Shown: in pieces, positions 56,680 through 64,000 of the stretch
Numbering within the stretch: position 1 is the stretch's first letter
How the letters are laid out: each line of letters opens with the position of its first letter
Source of the DNA: Octopus sinensis
Taxonomy: Eukaryota
Assembly: GCF_006345805.1 (NCBI RefSeq)
Contig: NC_043000.1
Span: 43,400,001 to 43,464,000 of the forward strand
Length of the DNA: 64,000 nucleotides
Reading direction: 5' to 3'
Position numbers and translations under genes: made by a program
Notes under the pieces: generated by a model
Seen by the model: only the letters and a program-made list of their open reading frames with translations
Databases searched by the model: none
Told to the model about the DNA's origin: nothing

Positions 56680-57302
56680 AGGGGTGGATGTGGCAAATAC
56701 CTTGCTTACCAACCATATGGCTTCGGGTTCAGTCCCACTGCGTGCCTTTTACTATAGCCTCGAGCCGACCAAAGTTTTATGAGTGGATTTGGTAGACGGA
56801 AACTGAAAACCCGTCGTATATATATTTAATGTGTGTGTGTGTTTGTGTTTGTCCCCCAACATCGCTTGACAACCGGTGTTGGTGTGTTTAAGTCCCAGTA
56901 ACTTAGCATTTCGGCAAAAATAGACCGATAGAATAAGTACTGGAAGCACACAGAGAGTGACAAGGCCGGCCCTTTGAAATACAGGTACAACAGAAACAGG
57001 AAGTAAGAGTGAGAGAAAGTTGTGGTGAAAGAGTACAGCAGGGATCACCACCATCCCCTGTCGGAGCCTCGTGGAGCTTTAGGTGTTTTCGCTCAATAAA
57101 CACTCACAACGCCCGGTCTGGGAATCGAAACCGCGATCCTACGACTGCGAGTCCGCTGCCCTAACCACTGGGCCATTGCGCATCCACTAGAATAAGTACT
57201 ACACTTACAAACAACAAGTTCTGGGGTCGATTTGTTCGACTAAAGGCCGTGCTCCAGCATGGCCGCAGTCGGATAACTGAAACAAGTAAAAGAGTAAAAG
57301 AT
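56680..57302 (+). mobile_element. tRNA-derived SINE interrupted by a second SINE
   Basis: Head with gggttcagtcccactgcgtg, (GT)n body, and tail ggggtcgatttgttcgactaaaggccgtgctccagcatggccgcagtc; split at 56941/57188. Confidence 0.82.
56942..57187 (-). mobile_element. tRNA(Arg)-like SINE with 13-bp TSD
   Basis: Minus strand gcaatggcccagtggttagggcagcggacTCGcagtcgtaggatcgcggtttcgattccc; flanked by TAGAATAAGTACT at 56929-56941 and 57188-57200. Confidence 0.9.
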
Positions 57303-58409
57303 TATATATATGTATACGAATAGATAGTACACATATTATAGTGGAATAATGATAAGAAAAGCCATTTCTATTCATTTGTTTCAAATATACGATATTGGAA
57401 GATACTCAAGGACTTATAAAATCTTTTCTAAGTGTATCTGGGTGTGACATAATTCCGATGATGTAATTCTTCCAAACAGGACTTCATTCTCGAACGTTTC
57501 TTTGATTTTGCTTCTTTTGTATATAGTTCTACGATTACTTTTATCTCTGAACCAGACATTCATATCTTAATGGATGTCCCTGCTCATCGTTTTGTGCTGA
57601 AGACATGTTACTGTTATAATTCTGATGCATTTATTCCGATAAATATCAAAGTGACACTTCTCTGAGTCAATATTAGATTCCATATTTTAATGAAAATTAG
57701 TTTCATAGCATTATTTAATGACTGGTTCCAGCACCGTATCATGTTTAATCTCTAGTTGTTCCCTGGGCGTATTTCTCTGGTGTCCACGCATCATATATAA
57801 TACGCATTTCTAATTGTTTTCAACCTTTAGAGTGATTTGGTCTTATGAAGTATATGCTTTATCTTACTTTATATTACTTTATATTACTTGGAATGTTTGA
57901 AACAATGGCACGTTAAATGTCTGCAAACAAGCTTGTCCGCTTAAAACAAACTTACAGAAATGCTTTTCACAGACAAAAGTGTGAAACAAACATTAATCTT
58001 GTGAGTCCCTTTCTCCATTGGTTGATGGGGTATCATGCATCTGTACTTTTGGTAAGAACTGAGATTCCTAAGTGCTCAAAACTGTTAAGAAAAAACGTAA
58101 GAAAAAAACCTATATATATGTTTCTGTCAAACCAAAACTTAGAGGAAAGTATGATACATTCATACTATTGTATAGTTGAACTTCTTCAGGGTTCAATAAG
58201 AGCTAACATCACTAAGATGATCATTATATCTTTTGAGGGAAGTTTGTAAGGTTAGCACATTAAAGTTAAAAAATATGTTTAGAGATTTTATTTGAGTGGT
58301 AAGTTTTGAATATTTGCGGATACACTGTCTGCATCATACAGCATATTATAATTAGGGAACATATTAATAAATAACACACACACACTCTCTCTCACCCACA
58401 TACACACAA

Positions 58410-58440
<31 letters not shown>

Positions 58441-59237
58441 ATAGTAATAATAAATAAAACTAAATTCTATGGGTAATTCTAATTGGTTTAGTGAGATATA
58501 TATATGTTTTCATGATTCGGGATGGATGGATTTTGAAACAAAAGCCGTTTAATGCTTGACCAGTGGGGCTTAATTTTCACTTGTTATTGATTAGGTATGT
58601 AAGTGCATATTTGAAAGTAGTTGAGAGGTTAACGAGAATAGGATAGGAAATACCAAGTATATATATAATTTGCATCTATCCTGAATCATAGCAACTTATG
58701 TATCTCTCGCTAAGTCAATTAGAATCATCCATAGAATTTAGTTTTATTCATTTATTTATTTAATTTTTTTTTAATATATATATTTTTTACTTTTCTATTT
58801 ATTTTTCTGTTTACTAATCATGATATTTTGTACATGTATATAGTACATCCACAAATATTCAAAACCTACCAATCAGAAAAAAATCTCTAAACATATTTTT
58901 TTAACTTTAACCTGCTAACACTACACACTTCCCTCAAAAGATATAATGATCACCGACGTGAAGTCCGCTCTTTTTGAACCCTCAAGAAGTCTAACCATAA
59001 AACAGTATGAATGTGGCAATTTTCTTGACATTAAGCAACATGATTTGGAGATTACCTTCTACGTAATGGTTTGTCTGAAACATATTTTTCTTACGTTTTT
59101 TATCAACTTTTTTAGCTTTAAACTTCCAATTTATTTGTAATGCTTTTTAGAAAAAAAAATGCCATCTTTCCCCAACATGCAAATAAACCAGTAATTACAT
59201 CCATTTATTCTCCATTTTCTTCTCCTTGTTTTCGCCT

Positions 59238-59281
<44 letters not shown>

Positions 59282-60004
59282 AATATGTATATATATATAT
59301 ATATATATATTTATACATATATATATAGAGAGAGAGAGACATATATACATACATACATATATACACGCACACTTATATATAGATATATCTACATACATAC
59401 ATACACGCACACTTATATATAGATATATCTACATATATATATATATATATATACACATATGCATATATGTATATATGTATATATGTATGTGTGTGTGTGT
59501 GTATACACACACACATATATCTTGCAGAGGTTCAACCACGCACATACTTTTTAGAAATATCTAATTGAAAAAAACTATGTCGAAAAAATTGTTGTATGTA
59601 CATAGATCGCGTAGAAAATTAACTGTAAAATTTTAGCTCCTAAAAAGTTAAGGTAATGTAATTTGCTACCCACTGGGAATAATATACAATGTTTATACAC
59701 AGTTGATTACAAAACTGATTTAGTTTCAAACCTTTCGACAATGTACATCATCTCAACTATTTAGAGATTTTTGTACAAACTCTTGAATTAGCATTTATCA
59801 CTTTATTATTGCTTATAATAATTAGTGCTAAGCAATTTCGAGCCAGACTTATTATTTCGTTGATTTTGGTTATTTAACCAAATACAAGTACGACCAGCAA
59901 GAGGTCGCAGCATTTACTACCGATATTAACGTTTCTTTAAAATATACACCTTAGAATACTTTCAGATGTTAGATATGAAATCTCTAAGTCTTTTTATAAA
60001 TAAT

Positions 60005-60378
60005 ACTTATTCTTTTATTCCTTTTACTTTTTTCATTCATTTGACTGCGGCTATGCTGCACTACCGCCTTTAGTCGAACAAATGGACCCGAGGACTTATT
60101 CTTTGTAATCCTAGTATTTATTCTATCGGTTTCCTTTGCCGAACAGTTACATTACGCTACTATAAACACACCAACCATCGGATGACAAGCAATAGTGGGG
60201 GACAGACACACAAATACATACATACATACATACATACATACATACATACATACATAATACATATATACATACATACATACATGATACATACATACATAGG
60301 TTATTGTAGACGACATTTGCTCGAGATGCCATGTGGCTGAGAAGCAAAGTTTTTACCAAACAGCCACGCCTGCGCCTA
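60005..60378 (-). mobile_element. Decayed SINE (family of 56680-57300)
   Basis: tttgactgcggctatgctgcactaccgcctttagtcgaacaaat is the reverse complement of the family tail. Confidence 0.78.
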
Positions 60379-60776
60379 TAGCGATTATGTATCTAAACAA
60401 TATATAATGTCAAAGAAAAATTACGCAATTATCTATATATCAAATAATCTGACTACGGCTGTCTATCTATTTACCAGTTTGCGCTCTTACTTTTACAATT
60501 GTATACTGATATTCCTATTTATTCATATATATATCTCTCTACATATTTGTATTTAGTGGGATAGGGATCAGAACTAATATGCCTTCTGGTCTCTCGGACA
60601 ATTACCTTCGGAAAACTGTTATCTGTGATGAAGTGCTCCTGAGAAAGTAAAAGATGATATAGTTTGAGAAATTTTGCTTGAATAAACATTTACAGACGCA
60701 TGTATATATCTACATCTATATCTATATCTATATCTGTATCAATATATATATATATATTTAAATATATATAGTTATA

Positions 60777-60820
<44 letters not shown>

Positions 60821-60989
60821 TTATTAGTTATCGCCATACTAATATGGCATTCTTATAAAAATAAGAATAAAGCTGACCGCTTATTAGCTCCATGAGGCCA
60901 TCGCCTTAAGTTAGCTATTTGATACACAAACTGTATCCATATAACCTTTGAACAAGGGAGGTCAGTCGCTCCACACTACTTGGCCGGCA

Positions 60990-61031
60990 GCTACAGACGC
61001 GTTTCGGGGTATTGCCCCTTTTCAATGCAGC
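60990..61031 (-). ncRNA. Type I hammerhead ribozyme (U3-A8 variant)
   Basis: gcugca UUGAAAA gggg caaua cccc GAAA cgcg UC uguagc on the minus strand. Confidence 0.85.
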
Positions 61032-61352
61032 GTAGCCAAACCAGTAGGTGTCGCTTCTGACAATCTCTGTTCAAAGGTTTTATTTACCTAGCTTCGGTGG
61101 AATACATCCACTTGTTTTCAATAATAGAAATATTAAAATTACTAAGTCTCTCTAAAAGAGAACAACGGCAGCGTTCCCGGAAAATATTAGTTATCGCCAT
61201 ACTAATATGGCATTCTTATAAAAATAAGAATAAAGCTGACCGCTTATTAGCTCCATGAGGCCATCGCCTTAAGTTAGCTATTTGATACACAAACTGTATC
61301 CATATAACCTTTGAACAAGGGAGGTCAGTCGCTCCACACTACTTGGCCGGCA

Positions 61353-61394
61353 GCTACAGACGCGTTTCGGGGTATTGCCCCTTTTCAATGCAGC
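61353..61394 (-). ncRNA. Type I hammerhead ribozyme (U3-A8 variant)
   Basis: Identical motif in the second minus-strand unit. Confidence 0.85.
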
Positions 61395-61877
61395 GTAGCC
61401 AAACCAGTAGGTGTCGCTTCTGACAATCTCTGTTCAAAGGTTTTATTTACCTAGCTTCGGTGGAATACATCCACTTGTTTTCAATAGTAGAAATATTAAA
61501 ATTACTAAGTCTCTCTTTTAGAGAACAACGGCAATACCCCGAAACGCGTCTGTAGCTGCCGGCCAAGTAGTGTGGAGCGACTGACCTCCCTTGTTCAAAG
61601 GTTATATGGATACAGTTTGTGTATCAAATAGCTAACTTAAGGCGATGGACTCATGGAGCTAATAAGCGGTCAGCTTTATTCTTATTTTTATAAGAATGAC
61701 ATATTAGTATGGCGATAACTAATATTTTCCGGGAACGCTGCCGTTGTTCTCTTTTAGAGAGACTTAGTAATTTTAATATTTCTATTATTGAAAACAAGTG
61801 GATGTATTCCACCGAAGCTAGGAAAATAAAACCTTTGAACAGAGATTGTCAGAAGCGACACCTACTGGTTTGGCTAC

Positions 61878-61919
61878 GCTGCATTGAAAAGGGGCAATAC
61901 CCCGAAACGCGTCTGTAGC
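61878..61919 (+). ncRNA. Type I hammerhead ribozyme (U3-A8 variant), predicted cleavage after 61913
   Basis: Stem I gctgca/tgtagc, core TTGAAAA 61884-61890, stem II GGGG-CAATA-CCCC, GAAA 61904-61907, stem III ACGCGT, C17 at 61913. Confidence 0.87.
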
Positions 61920-62239
61920 TGCCGGCCAAGTAGTGTGGAGCGACTGACCTCCCTTGTTCAAAGGTTATATGGATACAGTTGTGTATCAAATAGCTAACTT
62001 AAGGCGATGGCCTCATGGAGCTAATAAGCGGTCAGCTTTATTCTTATTTTTATAAGAATGCCATATTAGTATGGCGATAACTAATATTTTCCGGGAACGC
62101 TGCCGTTGTTCTCTTTTAGAGAGACTTAGTAATTTTAATATTTCTATTATTGAAAACAAGTGGATGTATTCCACCGAAGCTAGGAAAATAAAACCTTTGA
62201 ACAGAGATTGTCAGAAGCGACACCTACTGGTTTGGCTAC

Positions 62240-62281
62240 GCTGCATTGAAAAGGGGCAATACCCCGAAACGCGTCTGTAGC
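62240..62281 (+). ncRNA. Type I hammerhead ribozyme (U3-A8 variant), predicted cleavage after 62275
   Basis: Identical motif 362 nt downstream of the previous one. Confidence 0.87.
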
Positions 62282-62508
62282 TGCCGGCCAAGTAGTGTGG
62301 AGCGACTGACCTCCCTTGTTCAAAGGTTATATGGATACAGTTGTGTATCAAATAGCTAACTTAAGGCGATGGCCTCATGGAGCTAATAAGCGGTCAGCTT
62401 TATTCTTATTTTTATAAGAATGCCATATTAGTATGGCGATAACTAATATTTTCGGGAACGCTGCCGTTGTTCTCTTTTAGAGAGACTTAGTAATTTTAAT
62501 ATTCCTAT

Positions 62509-62549
<41 letters not shown>

Positions 62550-63289
62550 ATTAGTATTTTCACACACACACACACACACAAACATATATGTAATACATAA
62601 GTTCGATCAGTAGGGCAGTAAAATAAGAAATTTCATAACTAATATATCGAGCTAAATTAAAAGCTACATTAAAGTGGATATGCGATTATTATGCCCTCGT
62701 ACTTTCTAGCAGTCAACTGAGTTGCGAACGGCATCCTAAAAAGACTTTGAAACTTATTCAATTCTACTTTTTATGCCAGTGAATACATCGCATAATCTTA
62801 CTTGGTGTATATTATCTTATGCTCAAATATAAACGCCGACCGGGAGAACAAGAGAGCTGTAAGAAGTGGCCATGTTATAAAAAAGTTATAAAATACATTT
62901 ACATTGCCTCTAGATTTTTCTCTCATGGAGAAACATTATGCTATAAATGCCTCTTTATCTGCCAACATGTATATGAATTGGTACTTGCATTCATATAACA
63001 AAGATACGTACATACATATAAAATAGCCAGATCACTTTTGCTAAAAATTACAGCCCAGTATGTTAGAACATCATGTACAACATGTACACTGGGTGCCTCA
63101 ATCTGTTCTTACTGGATCATTGTACCACCAACAACATTATAACACCTGAGAAAGATAGAGGTAGGAAGGATATAGGGAGCTGTATAAAGCAGTTCCTAAT
63201 TAACAAAATGAATTAGGAAAACAAACAAATTGGAATGAAATCTGGACGGAGTCCATACGTGGATTATTGGTAATAAAACGTTGAAGAGT

Positions 63290-64000
63290 CGTGCCACCCT
63301 CTGAAAATCTAAACACCAGCGGTTTATCAAGACAACCGATACAGCCAGGTGACAGCAATAGGTATCTAGGACAAAATGTCAGAGATGATGAACCTGTAAA
63401 TAAGGAGAGGACAAGGAATGAAAACCTCAGAAGGGTAAAGATAATATGCTCATTAGAACTCTCAGCTTACAACAAGCATATTACTCGCAACCCCATTGCC
63501 ATGTCTGTGCTCACGCCTAACTGGCCACTACAAGAATTCAGTGAAATCGATGTTATGACTCGCCAGCTGTTTACACGAAAATACAACATGAATATGGTGG
63601 TATAATTCCCACGCAAGGATAGTGGTTGTGTCGCAAATCTTTATTGATGTCATATGAAGCACGTATTGTGATACTGTAACAACATATGCAACAGAAGATA
63701 GGGACCAGTAATTATCCTTCGCCAAGTTGCAGAGCTTAAAAAGTAAAACAGCCACCATCAAATCAACACTGTAATTAGGATAGATAAGGAACGTAAGGAG
63801 AGTCAGGAAATAAGTACTGATACGGATCTATCCTCAAAGAACATTGGTAAAATCTATTAATCAGAAGAACAAAATAAAAATGGACCGGTTCACTGAGAAG
63901 ATAGTAGATAATTATATGGTACTTAAAACACATCCCATATGAGGATTGGTTATATAAAGCGATTGGCATAGATTACCGACAAATTTATGGCATTCCACTA
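63290..64000 (+). mobile_element. Decayed R4/Dong-type RT C-terminal fragment (runs off window)
   Basis: YLGQ...VNKERTRNENLRRVKIICSLELSAYNKHI..IAMSVLTP..WPLQEFSEIDVMTRQLFT resembles the R4-clade post-RT region RV.KI..SELSA.NK...ID..TR. Confidence 0.75.

Larger units (their letters stand above)
60822..62510. mobile_element. Hammerhead-bearing 362-363 bp tandem/inverted array (retrozyme-like or PLE pLTR-derived)
   Basis: Near-identical units: about 2 on - (60822-61533) and about 2.7 on + (61530-62510), joined at GGCA microhomology, with both outer ends in (TA)n. Confidence 0.92.

Noticed and set aside
57917-58249. 110-aa ATG-initiated ORF
   Set aside because: No motifs, splice or compositional support; plausible by chance.
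60822-62510. CRISPR array or simple satellite interpretation
   Set aside because: No repeat-spacer alternation and eukaryotic context; low copy number, inversion and ribozyme content fit a retro-insertion better.

Overview
This is AT-rich eukaryotic DNA dense in (TA)n, (CA)n, (TACA)n and (TTA)n microsatellites, with a repeat repertoire most consistent with an octopus/cephalopod genome (inference). No complete host gene is recognisable, and nearly all listed ORFs are translated microsatellites. The window holds tRNA-derived SINEs (CORE-type and Meta-type), CR1-group LINE fragments, R4/Dong-type RLE retrotransposon fragments, an RTE-derived non-autonomous family, a mariner relic, a non-autonomous Helitron, and several Penelope-like element (PLE) relics (RT plus GIY-YIG). 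The strongest signal is at 60822-62510: a young array of a 362-363 bp unit (2 copies on -, about 2.7 on +, joined 5'-to-5'). Each full unit carries an intact-looking type I hammerhead ribozyme with a compensatory U3-A8 core pair, a palindromic stem III and Schistosoma-like tertiary motifs, and the unit folds into a long rod. This is a retrozyme-like or PLE-dependent self-cleaving RNA element that may form circles. Other, mostly decayed, hammerhead motifs are scattered through the window. Three orphan exon-like open frames (28674, 41619, 55051) may belong to unannotated genes. All alignments and folds were done by eye.
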